Below the pieces are notes generated by a model. That model saw only the letters and a program-made list of their open reading frames with translations. It searched no databases and was not told where the DNA came from. Positions 49,129-61,552 of a stretch of DNA of 64,000 nt are shown piece after piece. The position numbers and the translations under genes were made by a program. Each line of letters begins with the position of its first letter. Within the stretch, counting starts at the first letter, position 1. Source of the stretch: Octopus sinensis (lineage: Eukaryota); assembly GCF_006345805.1 (NCBI RefSeq), contig NC_043003.1:28086001-28150000 (forward strand), written 5' to 3'.

Positions 49129-50358
49129 AACGAGGCTTGGGTCAATGTTGGTGGTAGCATGGCGGTACCTATTCCTGTAGGAAATGGTGTCAAGCAGGGT
49201 GACATTCTTGCTCCAACTCTCTTTTCTTTGTGATTTGCTGCAGCTTTTACTCATGCTTTTCCTAAGGTTAGCTTTCTGAGAATATATGTCAGGTATCGAG
49301 CTTCTGGCCGCCTCTTTAATCTGCACTGATGATTTGCTGCCAATTTAAAAGTTTTCCTGTCTCTTATTCGTGACCTCCTTTATGCAGATGACTGCGACTT
49401 AGTCACTCATACAATGGATGACATGCAAATACTTATGAATCATATTTCTGCTTCTTGCAAGGTATTTGGACTCAGCATTAGCCTGGACAAGACTGTTGTA
49501 ATGTTCCAGCATGCACCAGGAAATCCATATGTGGAACCAGCTATCTTGGTTGAAGGAACAATACTGAAAGTGGTAGACAAGTTTGTCTGCTTGGGCAGCA
49601 CACTCTGCCATTCTTGCTCCTTAGAAGATAAAATATCTTTCAGACTGCAGAGAGCAACTGATTCCTTCCGGTCTCTTGAGTCTCGTGTCTGGTCCCAGCA
49701 TGGCATTACATGGCAAACAAAAGTTGCTGTGTACCGTGCATGTGTACTGACATCGCTCTTTTACTCATGTGAGACATGGATCTTTTACAAACGTCATGTA
49801 AAGATCATTGAACGCTTTCATCAGAGACACATTCTGAATGTTTGCTGGACTTTAAAAACTTCAGATACATAGGTCCTGAGGAAAGCTGATATCTTGACTA
49901 TTGAGTCGGTGGTGCACAAGCACCGGTTACGTTAGACTGGACCCCTTATTATTAGAATGAAGGATAGCAGGATTCCTAAACAGATACTATATAGGGAACT
50001 TGTGAATGGAAAGAGACTTCAGCAGAAACCAAGGCTGCGATGTATGGACTGTGTCAAGTCCTCATTAAAGGTCTGTGATACGCAGGAGACTGACCGAGAG
50101 AGTAATACCTACCATCGTCACAAATGGAGAAAGCAGGTTAAGGAAAGGGTCGGCACTTTTGAGAGAGCACTTAAGCGTGCTGTTCGAAAGCGAACTTCTA
50201 GCGTAGTGAATGGGGAATGCTTGGTTTGCAATGTTTGTATTCGTGTACGGTTGTCAAGAGCAGAGCTCATAAGCCACCAACGTAGTCGCAAAATGCAAAA
50301 TATAAGTTAGTCCTAGAGCGCAGAATGTTCCTAAAGGTCAGCAATGGTTTTCTTCGGT
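49129..50358 (+). mobile_element. 5'-truncated RTE-clade LINE (disrupted RT and C-terminal zinc finger)
   Basis: GVKQGDILAPTLFS, YADDCDL, LKVVDKFVCLGSTL, ETWIFYKRHVKIIERFHQR, MKDSRIPKQILYRELVNGKR, CNVCIR..ISHQR; ends ggacggccatcat. Confidence 0.92.
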
Positions 50359-50987
50359 CACGAGTGGACGGCCATCATATGTGTGTGTGTGTGTGTGTGT
50401 TAGTGTCTGAATTTGTTCCCCTCCGCTGCTTAACAATCGATCTGGATTTGTTTACGTTCCCGTATCTTTGCAGTTTGGCAAAAGAGACTGTAGCGGGAAT
50501 ATTCAGCAATCAGCGGATGTCGTTATTCATTAGAATATTGCCCATGTGATCCACGAGATCTAACCAATCACAACTTTGCGTCGAATAGGCTTCAGCGATG
50601 GTCTTACCTTTTGGCGAACTTCTTTATAAGTCTATCAACCAGTATAAGTTCTACACACTGTGATTACAAAGACCTTTGCGATGCAGCAAAGAGAGCATTG
50701 ACAGATACTGTAGGAGTTGGCTAACAGAGACGGCGGACAGCAGCTGACAACACAAAGGCAGTGAACAGTCGGATGCCGAAAAGCATTAGAAGTCAGCAGC
50801 CGGCAAGCAACTAACAACACTTTATCTGCTGCTACTGCTACCCAAAAAAAAAAAAAATTCTCTTGGTGTTTTGTTGTTCACAGTATGGTCAACATTCACG
50901 GAAAAAAATAAAATTTTGTTTATCAGAAATCTCAACAGACTAAAAGTTATTCTTCGTACAAGATCGACAGAATAAATGTCAGGCTTT

Positions 50988-51894
50988 GGGGTACCCAAAA
51001 GTAACCGGAAACGTTCTCTGTGGGACAAACCCGTTGTAGTTCAGGCTTCTGCCGCTAGAAGCCGCTTGATGCGACTCTCATACACCAGTCTGCCGACCGG
51101 CATACTTGGCTCACGTCGTACTTCATCGTGGTGCGTCTTTGCTTTGCAGTGCTTCTCTCCTGTTCGTTGATTTTTGCGATGGCTGGAACGAAGGAACAAC
51201 GTGCTTCCATGAAATACGGGTTTCTGTTGGGGAAAACGGCGGCCGAAACACTTGTCATGCTTCAAACAGCTTACAAGGACGCTGCCATGAGCAAAACACA
51301 AGTTTACGAGTGGTTTCCACGCTTTAGGATATGGACACTTGTCGCTTCAAGACCAGCCTCGTACAGGGCTACCGTCGACTTCCCGAACGAATGAAAATAT
51401 CATGAAAATTCAGGAATTGATCTTGGGGGACCATCACTGAACAACTGACAAACATGTTGATATGATTGGTGTGTCCTGGAGGTTTTGCCAACGAATTTTG
51501 AGTGAGGAATTGCGAATGAAAAGAGTAACAGCAGAATTTGTGCCTCAGTTGCTCACGGAACATCAAAAGCAGTCACGACTGAATGCGTGCCGTAAACTGA
51601 AAGAACAGCTGAAATTTGATCATCCGGACCTTTTTTTCGAAGGTAGTCATTGGTGACGAAAGATGGTTCAACGGAATTTGCAGATGTGGAAGAGGTGAAG
51701 AAAAATAACGACAGAGGCGTTAAAAGACATCACTTCACAAGAGTTCCAGCACTGGTTCGAACGATGGAAAATGTGTCTGGACCGATGCATTGCTTCAAGC
51801 GGAGAATACTTTGAAGGCGATAAAAGTGTAAACATGTAAACTAAGTGAATAAATTGATATTGCATAAATCCGGTTTCCTTTTGGTTCCCCCTCG
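50988..51894 (+). mobile_element. Internally deleted mariner element with imperfect TIRs
   Basis: Left ggggtacccaaaagtaaccgga, right tccggtttccttttggttccccctcg; MAGTKEQRASMKYGFLLGKTAAETLVML..KTQVYEWF, ILSEELRMKRVTAEFVPQLLTEHQKQSRL, C-terminal GEYFEGDK. Confidence 0.88.
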
Positions 51895-51997
51895 CCGTAC
51901 AGTATATACTTTAGTGAATTCTTTCGACTGAAATCCTTCGAAGTGGTGCCCAAGCATGGCCACAGTTCAGTGACCGAAACAAGTAAAAGATAAAAGC

Positions 51998-52028
<31 letters not shown>

Positions 52029-52143
52029 CAAGTCTTTGGAAATAGTGAGAAATTTCCAGTGTCAGACGGTACGATATGTCGATTGGAACAATACTCGGTC
52101 ACATCAATGCGCATGACAAGTGGACTTTGTAAGTAAAGTCACA

Positions 52144-52190
<47 letters not shown>

Positions 52191-52348
52191 CAAATATATA
52201 TATATATATATAGTTATATATATATATTATATATATATTGATAGATATAGATATAGATAAAAATATCTCCGTCCACTGAAGTGTCCAGCTGAAGGTCAAC
52301 CACACCACTCAGACGTAATTGATTATCAGAATTGTGTACGCGCGCGTA

Positions 52349-52429
<81 letters not shown>

Positions 52430-52468
52430 CTGTGTGTGCGTATGCATATATATGTACAGACACACACG

Positions 52469-52516
<48 letters not shown>

Positions 52517-52823
52517 TATACGTACCTATATATATATACGATAGAGCTGACCAAGAAATTGGAGATGGAGAAGGGGGAAAGACGAAGAGGTTTGGTAGGA
52601 GGTAGATATCGCTGTTTATATTACGAGACATTATTTTAGTTGATATTAATGTCTCTTTTTCCGATTTTCTCTTTACATTTGTTTTAAGCACTTACGGTGT
52701 TCTTGAAATTGGTGTTCCTATATATAAAAATGGTAAGAATGGTGATGAGAGTGAACTGAGAAGGTGTGTGATAAGACAGAAGAAGAGAGAAGTGATAGCT
52801 AGAGGTACAGGGAGAAAGATAGG

Positions 52824-52910
<87 letters not shown>

Positions 52911-52914
52911 CTTT

Positions 52915-53315
52915 TTTTATTGGCCACACAGGGCTGGACACAGAGGGGACAATTACAAATGTAGAGTTTTTCTTTTCGGGGGTGGAAAAGGAAAAAGAAG
53001 AAAAAAAGGAAACAAATGTAAAATTTCGATCAAAAGGGATCGGAAGAAAAAAAAAGCGATCAAAAAGGATCGTGTATCACAGAAAAAAATTTTTTTTTTC
53101 TCAAAGTAACAAACAAGATTAGGTTCATCCGTGGAAAGAAAATCTTACGGAAAAGACCACGGTAACCTCAGGCAGGGAGGTAAAAAAACACATGAGAGCA
53201 AAGTGCTCTCTCTCTCTCTTTTACGATTTACAGGATCATGCTCAAAGTGGTTGCGTCACTCGCACGCACCATCTTTGCTACATTCACCCACCTTTTTTTT
53301 AAACTTTCACGAGAT
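52915..53315 (-). mobile_element. 3' end of an L1/Tx1-like LINE between two (GATA)n tracts
   Basis: Coding tail SRESLKKRWVNVAKMVRASDATTLSMIL* (stop 53228-53230), T-rich 3' UTR, terminus gtcccctctgtgtccagccctgtgtggccaataaaaaaa; clade assignment from recollection. Confidence 0.6.
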
Positions 53316-53321
53316 AGATAG

Positions 53322-53392
<71 letters not shown>

Positions 53393-53723
53393 GTATAGAG
53401 TGGGATGGTAAAATATTGGCTTAAGAGATGAGAGCAAGAGAGAAAACCATGAAAGAAGAAGGGGGAGAATGAAACGAAAGAAGAAAAGAGCACTTGGATG
53501 CTTGTAATGAATTTATTGGTGAGGCATTAAAGGGTGACAGAGGGAGCAAAGCGTGAGAGAAAGAGAGAGAGAGAGAGAGTGGAGAGATAGAAACTACTGC
53601 ATAAATTAAGTATGCGCGCGCGTATGCGTAATTCTAAATTTTGAATAACCACACCAATGGGGAGGAGATGACAGAGGAAACGTTACTGACGGATAAAAAA
53701 ATATAATTTTTATAGGTATTATA

Positions 53724-53960
53724 CCATGTGGATTAGTGGTTAGGGTGTCAGCATCATGATCGTAAGATTGTGGTTTCGATTCCTGGACCGGGCAACGCGT
53801 TGTGTTCTTGAGCAAAACACTTCATTTCACGTTGCTCCAGTCCACTCAGCTGGCAGAAATGAGTAACGCTGCAATGGACTAACGTCCCATCCAGGTGGGG
53901 AACACATACGCCATTGAAACCGGGAAAGCGGTTCTATGGTTAGGCTTTAAAAGGGCGCAT
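53724..53960 (+). mobile_element. SINE family E (D-like head and central block, short tail)
   Basis: catgtggattagtggttagggtgtc..cacgttgctccagtccactcagctgg..gaaaccgggaaa..aggctttaaaagggcgcat. Confidence 0.88.
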
Positions 53961-53969
53961 TTATTATTA

Positions 53970-54156
53970 GGTAATGGACCTACCTATAATTAATCATAAT
54001 TTTTTTATTATGATATACGTGTTTTATCTATAATTAATCGTAAATAGGGGTTGGCACGATGACGCCTCTGGAACCACTAACTTCGAACGACCTCAGCCCC
54101 ATCAAGTAAGAGCATAAAGTCAAGCCAAAGGACCAACTATAAGTAGGTCCATTACC
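53970..54156. mobile_element. MITE of about 187 bp, 19 bp TIRs, TA-flanked
   Basis: ta-ggtaatggacctacctata ... tataagtaggtccattacc-ta (1 mismatch). Confidence 0.75.
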
Positions 54157-54477
54157 TATAAAAAGTGAACTGTTCTCCATTCAATGTCATTCCAAACCAC
54201 GATACCTCCTGTACGCAACCAATTACAAGAAAATAATGTAATGTATTATAATCGAACTAAACGAAACCGAGTTTATTGAGCAAGGTACCTTTTGAAAAGT
54301 CACCTGGCATGGCACATCTGCACCGAATGATGCACCACAACCAGTTGTCTAGAATCTCGTGGATTCCATTTTCTCTTTCTCTCATACATACATACATACA
54401 TACATACATACATACATACATACATACATACATACACACACACACAATACAAACTCTCTTATATATATGTATGTATA

Positions 54478-55030
54478 TCTATTATATAAAATCCGTTCTG
54501 TCTGTCTGTATGTGTGTCTTCTAGGATCTCGGGCATCCTCCATCCGATTGCGCTCAAATTTGATATGTATATACCGAGGGTATCAGGGCGTGTATAAGTC
54601 TTGAAAAAATTACAAAAATCGATTCCAGGTGAGAATGCGATCGATAAAGCCGTGGGAGCGTGCATTTGTACGCGCAAGTACATCAGCTGTTGCGATCGAT
54701 ACTACGCGTACGCGAGAAAAATACACGTGCAGTTTGCGTAAAAAAAGCCGGCTGGCTTCAAATAATGCCACAAAATGCAGTATATTTAAGCGACCAAAAA
54801 AAGTAAGATGCAAAAGAGATATTTTCTTCAAACTTGACATGAAGGAAGGAAAGACTATTTGGTTTCTCAAGAAGTTTTGTTTTTTTGCCTTAACTTCGTT
54901 TAACAAAACCAAAAATTTTATTGAAATAAAGGCGTGCTTAATTATTTTTTAATGAAAAGAAAATACTGATTGCTTTTTATTCAGCAGATATGATTCAGCA
55001 CCGCCCATTGGACGAGGGGCATTTTACTCG
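54478..55030 (+). mobile_element. Non-autonomous Helitron
   Basis: A|TCTATTATATAAAA 5' end; subterminal hairpin GCCC-attggacgag-GGGC (55003-55020); 3' CTCG|T (variant of CTRR); no TSD. Confidence 0.7.
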
Positions 55031-55129
55031 TGTGTGTATATATATATACATACATACATATTATATATATATACACACACACACACACTCATACACACAC
55101 ATATATATATTATATATATATATACATAC

Positions 55130-55160
<31 letters not shown>

Positions 55161-55164
55161 ATAT

Positions 55165-55233
<69 letters not shown>

Positions 55234-55902
55234 TATATATGTGTGTGTGTGTGTATACACATATAAGTGTGTGTGCGTGCGCGTGCGTATGTTCCTTATG
55301 CATTCCAAAACCGAGTTGCCGATTTTGATGTATGGAGTATCTATAGATTCAGTACTATTTCGCTACCAACTAAACTTTATTTTCATTGACATATTTGCAT
55401 TACAAAACTCTATAATTATATTTTCCATAAGTCAACTATCCTAAACATTTTACACGGCGACGACGACGATGACGTCACATTTTCTATATGTGTGTGTACC
55501 TTAAAAGACACCCATCATCACGACATCCACCTTCACTCACTCACTCACTCACTCACTCACTCACTCACTCCCTCTTTCTCTCTCTCTCTCTCGCACGCAC
55601 ACACGCACATACACATACACTCACGCGCCCATTTCATATACACGTGTATACATCTTTCACTTTCTCATTTCCTTCATTTTCTGCTCTCTCTCCTCTTTTC
55701 GCTTTCTCTTTTCTTTCAATTTCTGCTCTCTTCAAAACATGAATTAATTCTTACGGAATGAGCGAGGGAAACGCAGAATGGGAAAAAAGACAGAGAGAGA
55801 AGAGAAAGAAACAGACAGAAAACCAGTTTCTATAGGAGAAGTTGAAAGACGGATAGCGGGTGAGAGGCAGACGCTGATGTTTCATGCCCTATGTATATGT
55901 TC

Positions 55903-56080
55903 TATAGCTGAAAGTGAAAGAAAGCCAGCACAAAATTGATACTGTTTGGTCTATAGGTGAAAGTGAAAGAAAGCCAGCACAAAATTGATACTGTTTGGTC
56001 TATAGGTGAAAGTGAAAGAAAGCCGGCACAAAATTGATACTGTATGGTCTATAGGTGAAAGTGAAAGAAAGCCGGCACAA
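55903..56080 (+). repeat. 49 bp minisatellite, about 3.6 copies
   Basis: tataggtgaaagtgaaagaaagccagcacaaaattgatactgtttggtc starting at 55903, 55952, 56001 and 56050. Confidence 0.95.
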
Positions 56081-56749
56081 AGAAAGGGGGGAAAGTAAGA
56101 GAGAAGGAAATTATAATTTTGAAAACAAGATTTCTGGCCCAAATCATATTAACCCCTTTTTATTCCAAGAAACAGTACATAGTTTGTGATCCTTCTTTAG
56201 AACATAAATCACTTTCATGCCAGTCGAACCCAACCCTTCAGTTCTGGACGAACAATAACTTCCATTACGCTAGTAATCCAATCCACCATATATCAGCTAA
56301 CAGAATGCATTATGCTTATCGAGACAGAGCATAGCCAAATCATTATTTACAGTTTACCGCTTCTTCTCAAAATAACGGTATACAAATCGACATATGCATT
56401 TTCCCACATCTTTTCATTCGTTACTAAAAAGTCAAATTATACAATGCACAACTGCAAATTGCTATGTCTTCCATCTTATTTGTTCCTTAATCGTTCACTC
56501 TTTTCAGCCATGCCACCAAAACGAAGACATTCTCATTTATCTCCACAAACAAGGGCTGCAAAGAAAACCGCCTTTACTCCTGCTCAAGAAAACTCACTTC
56601 AGCGATGCCCAAATGTGTAATATTTCAAAACGACCACCGACGCACAATATATATCGGGCAGTTTGTTTTAACTTGGTGGCTGTTTTAATTTTCAAGTTCC
56701 AGCTATAATCTTTTGACATATCGGTCTCAATATGGTCAACTTCGTCTAC

Positions 56750-57060
56750 ATGTATGTATGTATGTATGTATGTATGTATGTATGTATGTATGTATGTATG
56801 TATGTATGTATGTATGTATGTATGTATGTATGTATGTATGTATGTATGTATGTATGTATGTATGTATGTATGTATGTATGTACGTATGTATGTATGTATG
56901 TATGTATGTATGTATGTATGTATATATGTATGTATGTACGTATGTACGTATGTATGTACGTATGTATGTATGTATGTATGTATGTATGTATGTATGCGCG
57001 TGTCTGTGTACGTACGTATGTATATTTGTATGCATGCATGTATGTAATGTGTATGTATGT
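56750..57060 (+). repeat. (ATGT)n microsatellite
   Basis: Read directly. Confidence 0.97.
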
Positions 57061-57079
57061 ACATATGTATAATATAATA

Positions 57080-57560
57080 AACCTTTACATAAATGAATAA
57101 CGTGAAATACACGAAGGGACGAACATAAGAGACAGACGGGTCATTCAAAGCCTTCGTTCTTCAGTCAGAAACCGATTCCTCATCGCAGATTTCGGCTGTT
57201 TAATTCTGATATCCGCTCTGAATCGGCCAGCCCCAGAAGGAAAGAATGCAACGCAACAGAGACGAACATGAAACGAAAAAAACTTTTTTGAAGACAGTAA
57301 CGGTTAAAAACATGGATGACACAGGCGCCCTACGGCTTTGAGACAAAAGGAGACACAAAAACAATATCAGCAAGCGTGGAAAAAAAATTACCTTCTCGGT
57401 GAGGAGACACATGTTGAACAAGCGGCCGATGGCAACAGAATGGCTGAGGCAGCAAGTCGCAAGAGGGTAAGAGAGAGAAGGGGGTAAGAGAGAGGAAAAG
57501 AGGGACAGAGAGAGAGAGGGGACCAAGGAGGGTGGAAGGCGAGGACAGAAGCAGTGACCA
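57080..57560 (-). mobile_element. Interspersed repeat distantly related to 12900-13800 (putative Penelope-like 3' region)
   Basis: Shared conserved blocks with identical spacing; class inferred. Confidence 0.4.
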
Positions 57561-57671
57561 AGAGAGAGAGGGAGAGAAGGAATCAGAGAAGAAGCAGTAT
57601 GTATGTATGTATGTATGTATGTATGTATGTATGTATGTATGTATTGTATGTATGTATGTATGTATGCGCGT

Positions 57672-58298
57672 GTCTGTGTTAGTTCCCCTACAACTTGATG
57701 ACAGGTGTTCATTTGTTTATGCCCCTGTAATGTAGTGGTTCGGCAAATGAAACCGGTAGAATGAGTACCAGACTAAAAGCTACTTGTAAGGCCGATTTGT
57801 TCGACTAAAACTCCTTCAGAGCGGCACTTCAGCACGGCCGCAGTCTAATGAATGAAACAAGTATAAGTAAAAGATAAAATAGAAAAAATCTGTTTTGTAG
57901 TCATTTTGTATTCACTTGTTTCAGTCATTTGACTGCGGCCATGCTGGAGCACCGCCTTTAATCGAGCAACTCGATCCCGGGACTTATTCTTTTGTAAGCC
58001 CAGTACTTATTCTATCGGTCTCTTTTGCCGAACCGCTAAGTAACGGGGACATAAACACACCAGGATCGGTTGTCAAGCAATGCTAGGGGGACAAACACAG
58101 ACACACACACAACACACACACACACACACTCATATATATATACATATATACGACGGGCTTCTTTCAGTTTCCGTCTACCAAATCCACTCACAAAGCTTTG
58201 GTCGGCCCGATGCTATAATAGAAGACACTTGCGCAAGGTGCCACGCAGTGGGACTGAACCCGGAACCATGTGGTTGGTAAACAAGCTACTTACCACAC
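57672..58298. mobile_element. SINE family B pair, tail-to-tail: 57672-57880 (+, 3' half) and 57914-58298 (-)
   Basis: Alignable to the B consensus in opposite orientations. Confidence 0.85.
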
Positions 58299-58630
58299 AC
58301 ATATAGTTATGTATTCTTTTGGTTCGTGTTGGGACAATAAACAACTCAGTGAAGGAGTTATTATGATTCTACGAGTTTATTTACTTGGCATGTTTACAAA
58401 CTGTATATGTATAGCGGTGTGATACACACTGTGCGTATCCGCTTTAGTCACACTTCATACTGTTTACTAGATGCGCTTAACAAAATAGTACTAATAGTGG
58501 GGATGTATTCATATATACGTATACCTACGTATACACATAGATATGAACATATAACAAGTATATATGATTGAACTGTACATCGTCAAGGTGTTGAGGATCG
58601 AGGTGCGTAGAAAGTATGTGTGTGTATGTA

Positions 58631-58675
<45 letters not shown>

Positions 58676-58836
58676 GTACACACTTATACACATATATCTA
58701 TATACGTATATGTGTGCGTTTGTAAAATTATTCGAAAACTCTCAACACCAAAACGCTCAACCAAACATAACAGAAGTCTTTTATAACAATCAAACAAGGT
58801 AGTCGATTGACAATGTCGAGTGATCCATTGGTAACG

Positions 58837-58890
<54 letters not shown>

Positions 58891-59269
58891 GTTAGTGATA
58901 ATAAATTGTCATTTTAGATTTCGGTGAAAACCACTTCAATGGCCCCTTGGAACATTGGAACGCAATGAACAAAGAGAAAGCACATTCTTTGATATCGCTG
59001 TTAGAGCTGAACACGAATTTACACATCCCATTGAAAAGGTTATTGAATTTAAAAGAATCAAATTCAGTAAGATGACATATATTTCTATAGATTTGTGAAG
59101 ATTTTAAATCCGCAGAGACTGGTTGCGTTATAGTTCCTACATAAAATATTTAGGTTTTCTGATTCCCTCAAAATTTTATAAGAATGTCACAATTTAAAAC
59201 GTTGTCTTTTTCATTTTGTTTTGTATAAAAAAATTTTCTGTTATTTCAAACTTAGTAGACAGTTGGGAC

Positions 59270-59300
<31 letters not shown>

Positions 59301-59670
59301 TGTATGTATGTATGTATGTATGTATGTATGTATGTATGTATGTATGTATGTATCTATCTATCTCTATTTATATATGTCCCACCAGTCTACTAAGTTTGAA
59401 ATAAAATAATTTTTTATATATAAAACATGTTTGTACATATGTACCTACATGTAGGCATATATGTACACGTGTGTGTGTATGAGAGTGTGTGGTATATATA
59501 TATATATATTATATATATATATATATATATATCTTTATATGTATTTACGCTTGCATATATTTATTATCATGTGTGCACTTCTGCGTTATGTATCCATCCA
59601 TCCATCCATACATACATACATACATACATACATCCATACAAACTTATATATGTGCACATACACAGATATG

Positions 59671-59705
<35 letters not shown>

Positions 59706-59848
59706 ACACACATACACACGTGTATATTACTGCCCTTCTCGTTGTTGCTGTTCTGCAACAAATATAAGACTAACCTCACTTAAAATTGACAGGTAGATAT
59801 TATTTATATTGTTGGTAATACAAAACCTTTGTCTGTCCATCTATCTAT

Positions 59849-59949
<101 letters not shown>

Positions 59950-60019
59950 AGCTTTCTCCTTTCTGGGTTTTTTTATATAAAAAAAAACTACAATACATAT
60001 ATATCCCCCGTTTTTTGTA

Positions 60020-60986
60020 TTAATATATCAATCCGGCATTTAATTTCCTTCGAATTAGTTCTCTTTGAAGCTACAAACTTTATACAGCTTCATTTCCATT
60101 GATGGAAGAATTCCTGGAATTCCGTTTCGGAATAGCGAGCAACTGCTTCGTCTCATTCTCATGGATTTCCTTGACGTCTTGAAATTTTTCTCCTTTCAAG
60201 TTGGATTTGATTTACGGATAAAGGAAAAGAGGAAAAAGCAAGGCACCAACAGACTTTTGGCAAAATTTGATGCAAACTCTTTAATCAATTTTCTCTGCCA
60301 TGGTCACTGATAGAACATTTGTGGAATGGCGAGACGACCACACTCTACACACTTGACTTCCAAGCACTGCCATAAACAACGGAAGTGAGCGAGAACTTCA
60401 TAAATTAGAAATTAGCGTGCATGTGTCACAGAGTTCAAGGTCAATCTACACCAATCATCTTTCGGATCTTTTCGGTTTGAACGGCAGTTTTTAACATAAT
60501 TTCTAGGTAACTAAAAAATTTTAAACTTCGTATACTGGTAGAATGTGTTTATAAAACATCTTTCTCTCTTGGCTTTATTGAGACAATTCTATAGTTTGTA
60601 AGATATTTGTTGTTTTTTTTCTTCAATTTCTGCAATTTCAACCAATCACTGACGTCTGTTGAGGTAAAAAACAGTCTGTGCCGTATGAATATGTCCCTCG
60701 TTGAAGAAACAGATTGGGTTTATTTACATTTGTGAAGAAAAAAAGATACCCTTCCCCCCACCCCTAACCCTAACCCTAACCCTAACTAACCCTAACTGTA
60801 ACCCTAACCCTAAAACAGATTGAAATGCAATAGATCGATACTAGGGTCATAATTATGGGTGACAATTTCATATGACACCGCTAGAAAAAAACTGCCGTTC
60901 AAACCGAAAAGATCCCAGCTTTCCCCCCTGCGTTCTGTTGCTCCGTTGCTATAGCAACAGTCTCGATACTTTTTGATCAGACCTCG
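60020..60986 (-). mobile_element. Internally deleted mariner element interrupted by a MITE
   Basis: TIR ctcgatactttttgatcagacctcg-TA (to 60986); remnants MAEKID*RVCIKFCQK and LKGEKFQDVKEIHENETKQLLAIPK. Confidence 0.75.
60464..60915. mobile_element. MITE of 452 bp with 29 bp perfect TIRs and internal (CCCTAA)n
   Basis: ggatcttttcggtttgaacggcagttttt / aaaaactgccgttcaaaccgaaaagatcc; telomere-like repeat at 60762-60813. Confidence 0.88.
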
Positions 60987-61441
60987 TACGAACGTATACA
61001 TGTTTATGACGTGGTTTTCAAATGATGGTCCTTAGTTAGAACCACCTACTCAAGAATCCTCAGAATTCTCAGAACAGTGACGGTATTGTTCTTGATGAAG
61101 CTGTGATTGCTAGCTTTTCACATCTACTTGTTCTTTTTGTTGTTATTGTTGTTGTTGTCTGAAGTGGTCTCTTCTAATATTGCTGTCATTGCTTTAACAA
61201 TCCATATTACTGTTTCATTTCCTTATTGGTTGTTTTGTTGTTCTTCTTACAGATGTATAGATGTTGTTGTTATTCAAGTGGCTGTGCTGTTGTTACTTTT
61301 GTTGTTGTCCTGCTTATGGCTATTGTGATTGTTGTTGTTGTTGTTGTTGTTCTTCTTCTTCTTCTTCTTCTTCAAGACAGAGAGAGGGGGAAGGGAGATC
61401 GAACGACAGAGAGAGATGGAAAGAGAGATGGAGGGAGATAG

Positions 61442-61475
<34 letters not shown>

Positions 61476-61552
61476 GGAGAGATAGTGAAAGAGAGAAAAA
61501 GAGAGGGAGGAAAATAAAACGAGGGATATATATATATATATATATATATACT

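Noticed and set aside
60762-60813. True telomere or chromosome-fusion scar
   Set aside because: Only about 8 degenerate units in one orientation, enclosed by MITE TIRs.
61033-61080. Short exon-like string ccttag|ttagaacc..gtgacg|gtattg
   Set aside because: Weak splice sites, very short and no homology; indistinguishable from chance.
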